Notes under the pieces: model-generated
Databases searched by the model: none
Seen by the model: the letters and a program-made list of their open reading frames with translations, nothing else
Told to the model about the DNA's origin: nothing
Part shown: positions 9,990-17,687 of the stretch, in pieces
Numbering within the stretch: position 1 is the stretch's first letter
Layout of the letters: each line of letters opens with the position of its first letter
Position numbers and translations under genes: made by a program
NCBI GenBank assembly: GCA_903881505.1
Contig: CAIRTM010000091.1
Coordinates: forward strand, 2,281-66,280
DNA length: 64,000 bases
Reading direction: 5' to 3'
DNA from: an uncultured delta proteobacterium
Lineage (GTDB): Bacteria > Desulfobacterota > WTBG01 > CAIYCZ01 > CAIRTM01

Positions 9990-10141
9990 CAGGTGCGTTT
10001 TGCCGCCGAAGTAGTGGATATAGTCCATTGACAACAGGTCTGCTCTGTGCGATAGGCATAGCGGTGGTAGCGCAGCACCTCGCGCACCTGATCCATTAAT
10101 CTAAGATTCTGGTAGGGGCGGAACTTCGGCTTATTTTCCAT
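9990..10141 (-). pseudogene. intI: Integron integrase remnant (N-terminal domain only, frameshifted)
   Basis: LMDQVREVLRYHRYAYRTEQTCCQW is the IntI N-terminal signature. Homology continues in another frame as YIHYFGGKTH, then ends. No catalytic domain. Divergent from the cassette array. Confidence 0.85.
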
Positions 10142-10204
10142 CTTTGTGCCTTAATATCGTAATAAGTGGAATTTGAAGTCCTTTTTTGTAATACGTGGAA
10201 TGTT

Positions 10205-10261
10205 CTTCCATCTATATGGGCTGATATGATGGAAGTTTCCCCGCCTATTACACGGTTAGTC
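10205..10261 (+). other. Putative attI site, crossover G10255/T10256
   Basis: GTTAGTC (10255-10261) is the exact reverse complement of the first attC R'' GACTAAC. It lies 114 nt from the intI start. The left boundary is approximate. Confidence 0.75.
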
Positions 10262-10276
10262 CTAAAGGATTTAATA

Positions 10277-10804
10277 ATGAACAGAAATGAATGGACCGAA
10301 CTAAGTCTAAAAATATTTGCACTATTTCTTTTTTTTAAATTCCTTACCGCAGTTCCAAATTTCATCAACATGCCTGTAATTGCTGAAAAGTATGCTGGCT
10401 CGTGGGCTATGCCAGGGGCAATTACAGGAGTCTTAGTTTCTTTGGTGTTAGCAATGGTCGTTTGGCGACTTGCCCCTGTACTGTCAAAAGCAATATGGAG
10501 AAAAACGGAGCCGCCACAAGCTATCTCAAATCCGAGTATGGATGAAATTCAAGCAGCTATTTTTTCCGCCATTGGTCTGTTCGTTTTAATAACCGCCTTG
10601 CCCGGCATCTCAGAATATCTGGTTTTAATCAACCAGACATCATCTCCGTTTCAATCAGAATCCGCCTTGGAATTTAAAGCAAAAATTGAGCTGGCAACTA
10701 TGTTGGTGCAATCTGCAATAGGATTATTCCTGCTGTTCGGCTCAAGGGGGCTTGTTGCTGTGATAAAAATGGTTCGGAATCTAGGGTTAAAAAAGCAAGA
10801 CTAA
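10277..10804 (+). CDS. Cassette 1: uncharacterised membrane protein, 175 aa, about 4 TM
   Basis: ATG 10277 with AAGGA upstream, inside the cassette boundary. Four hydrophobic stretches. Stop TAA lies within R'' of attC1. Confidence 0.8.
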   Translation: MNRNEWTELSLKIFALFLFFKFLTAVPNFINMPVIAEKYAGSWAMPGAITGVLVSLVLAMVVWRLAPVLSKAIWRKTEPPQAISNPSMDEIQAAIFSAIGLFVLITALPGISEYLVLINQTSSPFQSESALEFKAKIELATMLVQSAIGLFLLFGSRGLVAVIKMVRNLGLKKQD

Positions 10805-10866
10805 CCATCGGCCTGAGAGGGACGCGGCAAAAAATCGCGCCGTGCCCCTCATCAGTAACGTTCGCA
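10799..10866 (+). repeat. attC site 1
   Basis: GACTAAC-N5-GCCTGAG...CTCATC-N6-GTTCGCA with imperfect palindromic core. Confidence 0.9.
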
Positions 10867-10878
10867 AAGGAGAACAAG

Positions 10879-11361
10879 ATGAAGAGCTATTTTAAGATAG
10901 GTCGTGATATCGTTGTCGGCAAAGGATTGAGTGCAAAGCATTGGGCTGGTCCGATTATTTTCGGGAAGGAGGCAATTTATCTCTTACCCAATGACGTATC
11001 TGTGAAATCACTCAGGGCTGGATACGACTCAGCATCGGCAGCCGCAGGGATGCTTGGAGGCATGATTGGTGGTGTTATAGCAGGAGCAATGCAAAGCAAA
11101 GCCGGATCAAAATCAACATGGCAAGAACACATCGTTCAGATCAATGAACTTCCACAAAATGTTCTATTGAATCCGGATTGGCCCATAAAAAAAGGTAAGC
11201 GACCGGTAATTCTGATCAAAAAAAGCGATATTGATAAGTTCGAACGTTCTGGTGGCAAGCTTTTGGTTGAAGCGTATGGTGACACCTTCAAACTGGGGCT
11301 TAAGCTATTCGGTCGTGGCAAAGCTATTGAAACTATAAGAAGCCTTGAATGGTCGGTATAG
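10879..11361 (+). CDS. Cassette 2: uncharacterised 160 aa protein with glycine-zipper-like segment
   Basis: RBS AAGGAG; AAAGMLGGMIGGVIAGAM segment; lies between attC1 and attC2. Confidence 0.8.
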   Translation: MKSYFKIGRDIVVGKGLSAKHWAGPIIFGKEAIYLLPNDVSVKSLRAGYDSASAAAGMLGGMIGGVIAGAMQSKAGSKSTWQEHIVQINELPQNVLLNPDWPIKKGKRPVILIKKSDIDKFERSGGKLLVEAYGDTFKLGLKLFGRGKAIETIRSLEWSV

Positions 11362-11407
11362 TTGCGATCCATTTTTGAAATCCGGGGGCACCATACTAAT
11401 TAATTTT

Positions 11408-11475
11408 TGCCAACACCCGGCTTGAGAGTGACGCGGAAAAAAATCGCGCCGCGCCCCTCATCCTTAACGTTCGGT
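11408..11475 (+). repeat. attC site 2
   Basis: TGCCAAC-N5-GCTTGAG...CTCATC-N6-GTTCGGT. Confidence 0.9.
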
Positions 11476-11482
11476 TAATAAA

Positions 11483-11908
11483 ATGAAATCCATAATGAAC
11501 ACATTGGTATGGTGTATGGCAGTTGCGGTGGGCGGGATGCTCTGCATTATTCTTCCACCGTATCTGATACCCGGAGGAATTCAGACCATATACACAGAGT
11601 CATTATTTCCTGTCTTCAGAACTGCATGGGAGAATCTTAAAATTCTACCAACCCTGGGGTGCTTTTTAGGCCTTGGTTTTCTTCTCGGCCTTGCACAACC
11701 CACAAGATGGTTGCTTCTTGGGTGCACGACGATAGCAGCGCCACCTATTCTTGCGATTTGCGAAATGATTGTGTCTCCGACTTCTCACAATCTCTGGCCG
11801 CTGGAGTTCCTTCTTTACGGCGTTGTAAACTCCCCCTCTCTTCTTGGGGCATTTCTCGGGTCCAGAATAAGGAAGATACAAAAAAATGAAACCGAACCAT
11901 CCGCTTGA
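11483..11908 (+). CDS. Cassette 3: uncharacterised membrane protein, 141 aa
   Basis: About four hydrophobic segments, SHNLWPLE loop. The ORF reads into attC3. Confidence 0.8.
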   Translation: MKSIMNTLVWCMAVAVGGMLCIILPPYLIPGGIQTIYTESLFPVFRTAWENLKILPTLGCFLGLGFLLGLAQPTRWLLLGCTTIAAPPILAICEMIVSPTSHNLWPLEFLLYGVVNSPSLLGAFLGSRIRKIQKNETEPSA

Positions 11909-11956
11909 GAGGAACGCGGCAAAAACCAGCCGCGCCCCTCGGCCTTAGCGTTAAAC
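11891..11956 (+). repeat. attC site 3
   Basis: ACCGAAC-N5-GCTTGAG...CTCGGC-N6-GTTAAAC. Confidence 0.9.
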
Positions 11957-11968
11957 GCAGAAAATAAT

Positions 11969-12307
11969 ATGGCACTTGACTACAAATATTTCCGACCGAT
12001 AAAAGCCGCTGGTATATGCTTCATCATTTGCGGTGCAATATCTGCATTAATGTATATGTCCCTCCTTAAAAATCCTGATTTTGACACTGTTTTCCGCATC
12101 TTCGTTTTAGTTAATACGTTTTGGTATCTCGTTATGGGTATAGGAATAGTATTACAAAATAAATGGGGGTATTATTTGCTTAAAGGATTCCTCTACTTTA
12201 TGGTTTTAGGTTTTCCAATTGGTACATATTTTGGAGTTAAATCATTACGATATCTACGGGAGCACGACATAAAAAGCTATTTTGCAAAACAGGCAATAGA
12301 TATCTAG
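11969..12307 (+). CDS. Cassette 4: uncharacterised membrane protein, 112 aa
   Basis: Three to four hydrophobic segments, AT-rich codons, between attC3 and attC4. Confidence 0.8.
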   Translation: MALDYKYFRPIKAAGICFIICGAISALMYMSLLKNPDFDTVFRIFVLVNTFWYLVMGIGIVLQNKWGYYLLKGFLYFMVLGFPIGTYFGVKSLRYLREHDIKSYFAKQAIDI

Positions 12308-12333
12308 TGAATTATTAAATTGAGCTGAAAAGC

Positions 12334-12399
12334 GTTTAACAATCGGCTTGAGAGGGACGCGGCAAAGAGCCGCCGCGCCTCTTAACTTTCGCGTTGTAC
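12334..12399 (+). repeat. attC site 4
   Basis: GTTTAAC-N5-GCTTGAG...CTTAAC-N6-GTTGTAC. Confidence 0.9.
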
Positions 12400-12432
12400 G
12401 AGTATAGTAATTAACGTAGCAGGAACGTTCAT

Positions 12433-12789
12433 GTGAAATACAAGGACTTGAACCCGCAAGATAGCTATTTCCACCCGTGGACCACATACAGAAAGCGAAA
12501 TAGGCTCGTCGCAATACTGTCTATAGCTTTTGTGCCAGCCATGTTACTGATCGGCATTCCATTAGGCTCCGTGGTTGGTGAAAACAAGGGCATGTTCATA
12601 GTCTTCTTCGTATGGGCTGCGCTGATTATGATATTCATCGATTATTCAGTTTTTTGGCATTGCCCGCGTTGCGGGAAGTCCTTTCATATGGACTTTGGGC
12701 GGTACGTGAATCCAATGGCCAAAAACTGCGTTCATTGTAAACTGCCGAAATGGAGTCCTAATGGTTCCGATCGGCAGCATGAGAAATGA
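12433..12789 (+). CDS. Cassette 5: two-TM protein with C-terminal zinc ribbon
   Basis: GTG start with AGGA upstream; two TM segments, then CPRC...CVHC. Confidence 0.78.
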   Translation: MKYKDLNPQDSYFHPWTTYRKRNRLVAILSIAFVPAMLLIGIPLGSVVGENKGMFIVFFVWAALIMIFIDYSVFWHCPRCGKSFHMDFGRYVNPMAKNCVHCKLPKWSPNGSDRQHEK

Positions 12790-12794
12790 AAATC

Positions 12795-12862
12795 GTACAA
12801 CAATCGTCTAGAGAGGAGCGCGGCAAAAAAACGCGCCGCGCTCCTCATCTTTGACATTCGGC
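12795..12862 (+). repeat. attC site 5, R' mutated from GTT to ATT
   Basis: GTACAAC-N5-TCTAGAG...CTCATC-N6-ATTCGGC. Confidence 0.85.
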
Positions 12863-12886
12863 AATGCATAGCACGAGGATGAAAGC

Positions 12887-13225
12887 ATGATTAAGAAATA
12901 TAACAATATCAGCCTGGCATTCGGGATTCCGGGATTGATTGTTCAGACGTTCGGCGTAATCAGCCAGATTACGATAATCAGCCTGGTGGGCGCGGTTCTT
13001 CTGATAGTCGGACTTGGCTATTATGCAAAATCAAAAGGCAGGCACCCTGCATGGTGCCTATTAGGGCTGCTGTCAATCCTGGGAATAATTATTCTTGCGC
13101 TGCTCCAGGATAAGTCCTCCGAGACAGGCACGCAGGACATACGCCCATTCACAAAAATACTGCTAGTGCTTTTTATCCTCATAATTCTGGCTTTGATAGG
13201 TATCGCCATGATGGCCGGCAATTGA
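12887..13225 (+). CDS. Cassette 6: uncharacterised membrane protein, 112 aa
   Basis: RBS GAGGA; four hydrophobic segments, YAKSKGRHPAW loop. Confidence 0.8.
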   Translation: MIKKYNNISLAFGIPGLIVQTFGVISQITIISLVGAVLLIVGLGYYAKSKGRHPAWCLLGLLSILGIIILALLQDKSSETGTQDIRPFTKILLVLFILIILALIGIAMMAGN

Positions 13226-13235
13226 AAAAACTGCC

Positions 13236-13292
13236 GCCGAAAAGCTTGTTGTTGTACGAATATGAACAATGAGCAACAAACCGCTTGAGAGC
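13236..13292 (+). repeat. Degenerate attC remnants at the array end
   Basis: GCCGAAA (expected R'' GCCGAAC) sits 8 nt before GTTGTAC. A left half-site GAGCAAC-AAACC-GCTTGAGAG follows at 13271 with no right arm. Confidence 0.6.
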
Positions 13293-13372
13293 GCCCCCGG
13301 GGAACCGCAACCAAAGCCGGGCTCCTGCCCAGACCGGCTCTTTCGGGCATTGAAGCTGAAAACGCACAGGGA

Positions 13373-14155
13373 CTATGGCTGCAGAAAATGTTTTTTAATA
13401 AGCGTATCTTTTTCCGCTTTGCCCGGATAGCTTATTAAAACCGCCCGATATTTACCCTTAAAGACAAAAAGGCTTCCGGCGGCGGCGCCGATGATGCCAT
13501 GCCTGTGAATGACGGCGCCGATATCCTCAAGGCTTCCGGCGCCCCCGAGCACTGTCATGGGAATACTTACGGAATCGCGCACCTTCTGCAGCAAGTGCAG
13601 GTCATAGCCCTTCATCACGCCGTCATTATCAATGGAGTTGACAACAATTTCGCCTGCGCCACATCTTTCCATCTCGGCAGCAAAATCAGCCGGGTGCTTT
13701 CCGGTATTCCGAGAGCCGTTGTGCGTCCAAAGCTCATATTTGCCGCTCAGTGTCTTTTTCTTCACATCTATAACGACCACAATGCTCTGCCTGCCGACTC
13801 TTTCGGCCATACTGGTCACGATTGCAGGATTTTCAAGTGCGCTGGAGCTTATGGCGATTTTTTCAACACCCAGGCTGAAGATGCGGTGCGCCTGATCAAC
13901 TGTTTTTATCCCGCCTCCGTAGCAAAAGGGCATCCGGCATTCAACCGCGAGGTTTTCTATCATTTTATAGTCCGGCTCCCTGCCCTCCATTGTCGCGTCA
14001 ATGTCCAGGACAATCAGCTCGTCAACCTCCTTTTCATTGAAAATCTTCACGGCGTTAATCGGATCACCCACATATTTGTGGTCCTTGAACTTTGTGGTTT
14101 TAACAAGCCCTTTGTTATGCACCAGCAGGCAGGGAATGATTCTGGGGTGTAACAT
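13373..14155 (-). CDS. HisF2/WbuZ (AglZ)-type cyclase-like protein, glycan modification subfamily
   Basis: PRIIPCLL, GLVKT, YVGDPINAVKIFNEKEVDEL and GSLFVFKGKYRAVLISYP are typical of the polysaccharide-cluster HisF paralogues. Confidence 0.8.
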   Translation of the reverse strand: MLHPRIIPCLLVHNKGLVKTTKFKDHKYVGDPINAVKIFNEKEVDELIVLDIDATMEGREPDYKMIENLAVECRMPFCYGGGIKTVDQAHRIFSLGVEKIAISSSALENPAIVTSMAERVGRQSIVVVIDVKKKTLSGKYELWTHNGSRNTGKHPADFAAEMERCGAGEIVVNSIDNDGVMKGYDLHLLQKVRDSVSIPMTVLGGAGSLEDIGAVIHRHGIIGAAAGSLFVFKGKYRAVLISYPGKAEKDTLIKKHFLQP

Positions 14156-14446
14156 AGTCACATAAAAGGTAAGAAGGTTAGAGGTTTAGCGGCAAACCTT
14201 TTCAGGGTTCATTCCGACGGAATTCAATAGCTCTTTACTTTTTCAAGCCTGTCCGGGGCAGCCCGTTGCGGGAACGATGGCAGCGCCCGCCGAAACATTC
14301 GCCCGCAACCGGCAGGACCGCCATAATGGTAAGACATGCACGCCTGTTTAGTCAACTTATTGCTGCGGTAGAATCGGCAGCATTTTTATCGTCTGGCGAC
14401 GGGGCATACAGCGGAACGGCATGCACAAGGGTTCAATTGCCTGTCC

Positions 14447-16300
14447 CTATCCATGTTCCTGGCGGCCGGGCCAGATGAGCCGCATTTCGCAGGCTGTGCA
14501 GTCAAACTCAAGCCGGCAGGCGGCGCCTTCGGGGCCGGTGAGGAAAAGCGGCTCCTCAAAACCCTCGCGTTCAAGAGCTTTGCCGCACAGGCCCAGTTCA
14601 CGCCGCAGGCAGTAGCGCGAACGCATAACGATTGTTCCCGGCCGCACCGGCCCGGTCTCGGCGGCCCGGGCAATGTCCTTAACGCCGTGGCGGAGGTAGA
14701 ACGCACGGGCTTTCTCATTGAGAACATTGGTCTCGAAGCTGAGGCATGTTTGATAGTACGGAACGCTGTTTTTGAGAGCACCGCCTGTGATGCGCGGCCG
14801 AAGGCGCGCCCGTTCGCTGCGCAGGCTATCGATAAAATCGCGCCGCAGGCTGTTGAGCGCGGCAACCGGAATAAACCATGGCCGGGCCAGCTGTATTTCA
14901 AGGTTCTTACACCTGAACTCGGTGCCCCCGAATTTGGCCAGCTGGCCCGCGCATGTGCTCAGGGCGCGCTCGGCCTGCCGGGCAGGCTTTTTCGGGCTTT
15001 CGATGCAGGCCTGGGCGCATACCCCGTCCTGATCGCGCCCGTTCAATATAAAGCCATCCGGTGTTTCCGTGAATGAGCAGGCAACTGCGATGGTTCTCGC
15101 GGGCCGTGCCTGCCGAAGCGCCTTTTGAAAGGCGCGGTCAAGGTTGCGGTAGATGCGCGTGCCCGCACGTATTCCGGTCATGCGCTCCGGGAATACGCGC
15201 CCCTTCCCGGCAGTTCTGATACGGGTTCCCTGCAGCCGTCCGTCCGCGTCGAAAAAACAGATGCCGTCTCCGGGAGAAAGCCCCGCGGCACCGTCAAGGG
15301 CAAACGAGTCGTTGCGACAGGCCGTGACCTTCCCGATCATCTCGCCCCGTGACTTGGGCGAATCAAGCGAGGCGATACGCGAATCCGGGGTGATGAAAAA
15401 ATCGGTAAATCCGCGGTTGAATGATTTTGCCGGGTCGGGGGTGAATCCCGGATCGGATGTCCCGGATGAAGAGCGCGCAAACGCGCATCCGTCAAGAACA
15501 CGGTCAAGCTCTCTGCGGTAATACGCGACAACATTCATGACATAGCCGGTGTTTTTCAGGCGGCCTTCGATTTTAAGGGACGTGATCCCGGCCTGCAGCA
15601 GATCGCCAAGACAGCGTGAACGGTTGAGGTCCTTAAGTGAGAGCAGGTAGCGGTCATGCCCGACAGCCCGGCCGGTTTTGTCCTGCAGATGGTAGCGCAG
15701 GCGGCAGGGCTGGGCGCAGCAGCCGCGATTGCCGCTGCGGCCGCCGGCGGCATAGCTCAGGTAACAGCGTCCGCTGCGGCCCACGCACAGGGCGCCGTGC
15801 ACAAAGCATTCAAGCTCAACGCTGGTTTCCCGGCGGATGGCGCGAATTTCTTCAAGGCCGAGTTCGCGCGCCAGAATCACGCGCTGAAAGCCGACCTGCT
15901 CCAGGAAGCGGACCTGCTCAACGCTGGAATTATCCATCTGTGTGCTGGCGATAAGGGCCAGCGGCGGAAGATCGCACTCCAACAGGCCCGCGTCCTGTAT
16001 GATCAGGCCGTCAATGCCCGCCTGATAAAGCCGATTGATCAGCGTGACGGCTCCGGGGAGCTCATCGTCGCGCAGGATTGTATTGAGCGCAACATAGACG
16101 CGTGACCAGTAGCGGTGTGCGTATGCGGCAAGCGCCTCGATGTCGGAGACGCTGTTGCCGGCCTCTTGCCGCGCGCTGAATGCTTCAGCGCCGATATAGA
16201 CGGCGTCGGCTCCGCAATTAATGGCTGCAATGCCGGCGGCTCGGTCACGCGCCGGCGCAAGCAGTTCTATTTTTTGAGGCTGTGATGCTGCAGTGTTCAT
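14447..16300 (-). CDS. U32 family protein, long RlhA-like form with C-terminal extension
   Basis: ELLAPA, GADAVYIG, FVHGALCVGRSGRC, NRGCCAQPCR, SLKIEGR. Confidence 0.88.
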   Translation of the reverse strand: MNTAASQPQKIELLAPARDRAAGIAAINCGADAVYIGAEAFSARQEAGNSVSDIEALAAYAHRYWSRVYVALNTILRDDELPGAVTLINRLYQAGIDGLIIQDAGLLECDLPPLALIASTQMDNSSVEQVRFLEQVGFQRVILARELGLEEIRAIRRETSVELECFVHGALCVGRSGRCYLSYAAGGRSGNRGCCAQPCRLRYHLQDKTGRAVGHDRYLLSLKDLNRSRCLGDLLQAGITSLKIEGRLKNTGYVMNVVAYYRRELDRVLDGCAFARSSSGTSDPGFTPDPAKSFNRGFTDFFITPDSRIASLDSPKSRGEMIGKVTACRNDSFALDGAAGLSPGDGICFFDADGRLQGTRIRTAGKGRVFPERMTGIRAGTRIYRNLDRAFQKALRQARPARTIAVACSFTETPDGFILNGRDQDGVCAQACIESPKKPARQAERALSTCAGQLAKFGGTEFRCKNLEIQLARPWFIPVAALNSLRRDFIDSLRSERARLRPRITGGALKNSVPYYQTCLSFETNVLNEKARAFYLRHGVKDIARAAETGPVRPGTIVMRSRYCLRRELGLCGKALEREGFEEPLFLTGPEGAACRLEFDCTACEMRLIWPGRQEHG

Positions 16301-16333
16301 AACCGGGATCAGGGAAAAATGTGCGCGGCCGTT

Positions 16334-17677
16334 TCAGTACAGGCGCTCTAACCGCGCGCCCTGAAAGTAATGCGCAAGGATGCTGCGGTAATCATGGCCC
16401 GCATGCGCCATTGCCGCCGCGCCGATCTGGCACAGGCCAACGCCGTGGCCCCAGCCTGCGCCGCGCAGAATAAACGAGTTCGGAACAGGGCCTGCGCCGG
16501 GCGTATCCACAACAAATGCCGAGCTGTACAGATGGCTGGCGGAAAGCATGCGGCGCACGGCAAGCTCCTTGGAAACGGTTTCCGTTCGTTTTGATCCCAC
16601 TATCCGCAACGCGCGTATGCGGCCGGAAGCGCCGCGGGCAAGGGGCTCAAGGCGCAGGATGTCGCCGAAATCGCAGCCGCTTTTGCGCGCGATTATGCCC
16701 CGCAGTTCATCCTGGGCGATTGTCACCTGCCACCGGAAAAAATCGCTGGTCTCGAAATCAAACCCGGGCAAAACGGTTTCAAGGATATGACGGTCGCCTA
16801 CATTACAGAATACGGCCGGCCGGGCCGCGATAAAACGACGCGCGCCGGCCTCTGCGCTGAGAGGAGGGATAAATTCGGCCGTGCCGGGTGCGCAGTCGGG
16901 CCGGGGCTGCAGATAGGAATAGTCGACATCCTGCCAGCAGGTTGAAAATCGTTCGGTTATGCCGCCGCAGCATTTTGAAAAACGCGCATCACACACGCCG
17001 CCATCGCCTACGAGCACTTCGCCGCGCGTTGCGGCAAGGGCTGAGCGCGCTGCGGCGTTTACCGCGCCGATGCCGTGATAGCGCTGGCAGTGGTCGTCGT
17101 TGCACACATCAAAGTGAACGTGGCTGGCAGCGTCGGTCCAGGCAGCATCGGGCGCAGCCCGGGGGTGCGACCGATGCTGCAGCTGGGCCAGGACCCAGCT
17201 GCGCGAAATCACGCAATGGGCTTTTAAAAATTCAGCTGAGGAGCGCGGGCTCATTTCCGAGCAGATAACCGCTTCCAGGTAGGCCTCGCATCCGATGTGA
17301 TTGATAAGTGTCAGGACACCGGGTTCGAAACAGCAGGCCGTCAGGGCGCCGCGGAAGGTCTGGCTGGCCGTGCGCTGCCAGTGAAAATTCCTTCCGATAC
17401 TGTTTTCGGGCAGGGTAAAGGCGCATCCGGCTGCATCGGCGGGCTCCAGGAGCAGGCGCTGCGCGCGGGCGCACACTGCCGCCCGCGCATCGAGCAGCAC
17501 AACGCTGCCGCCTTCGGCCCGGAGCTGATATGCGCCGGGATTGAGCGCGGCGGAACCGCACAGGTAGCGCCCTGCCAGGATGATGCGCGCGCCTGCCAGG
17601 CCTTCTGACAGGCCGACGCGCAGGCCGGGCTCATCTATCATGCCATTCTCGGGAACATCTATTGGCGGGCGCGGCAT
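16334..17677 (-). CDS. SpoIID/LytB domain protein
   Basis: YLEAVICSEM, FDVCNDDHCQRY, GAGWGHGVGLCQIGA. Start placed at ATG 17677. Confidence 0.88.
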   Translation of the reverse strand: MPRPPIDVPENGMIDEPGLRVGLSEGLAGARIILAGRYLCGSAALNPGAYQLRAEGGSVVLLDARAAVCARAQRLLLEPADAAGCAFTLPENSIGRNFHWQRTASQTFRGALTACCFEPGVLTLINHIGCEAYLEAVICSEMSPRSSAEFLKAHCVISRSWVLAQLQHRSHPRAAPDAAWTDAASHVHFDVCNDDHCQRYHGIGAVNAAARSALAATRGEVLVGDGGVCDARFSKCCGGITERFSTCWQDVDYSYLQPRPDCAPGTAEFIPPLSAEAGARRFIAARPAVFCNVGDRHILETVLPGFDFETSDFFRWQVTIAQDELRGIIARKSGCDFGDILRLEPLARGASGRIRALRIVGSKRTETVSKELAVRRMLSASHLYSSAFVVDTPGAGPVPNSFILRGAGWGHGVGLCQIGAAAMAHAGHDYRSILAHYFQGARLERLY

Positions 17678-17687
17678 GGCATGGCCC

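Larger units (their letters stand above)
9990..13292 (+). mobile_element. Integron with dead integrase and six-cassette array
   Basis: intI remnant, attI crossover, five full attC sites plus remnants, one same-strand ORF per cassette, visibly lower GC than the flanks. Confidence 0.92.

Noticed and set aside
10166-10276. N-terminal extension of the cassette 1 ORF given in the ORF track
   Set aside because: It crosses the attI crossover at 10255. ATG 10277 has an RBS and lies inside the cassette.
10799-12862. Regularly recurring repeats read as a CRISPR array
   Set aside because: Repeats are 66-68 bp and degenerate, the intervals are 400-550 bp whole ORFs, and no cas genes are present. The structure is attC.
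13373-14161. Housekeeping hisF or a seventh cassette
   Set aside because: Motifs fit the HisF2 subfamily, no his operon is adjacent, it is on the opposite strand and no attC flanks it.
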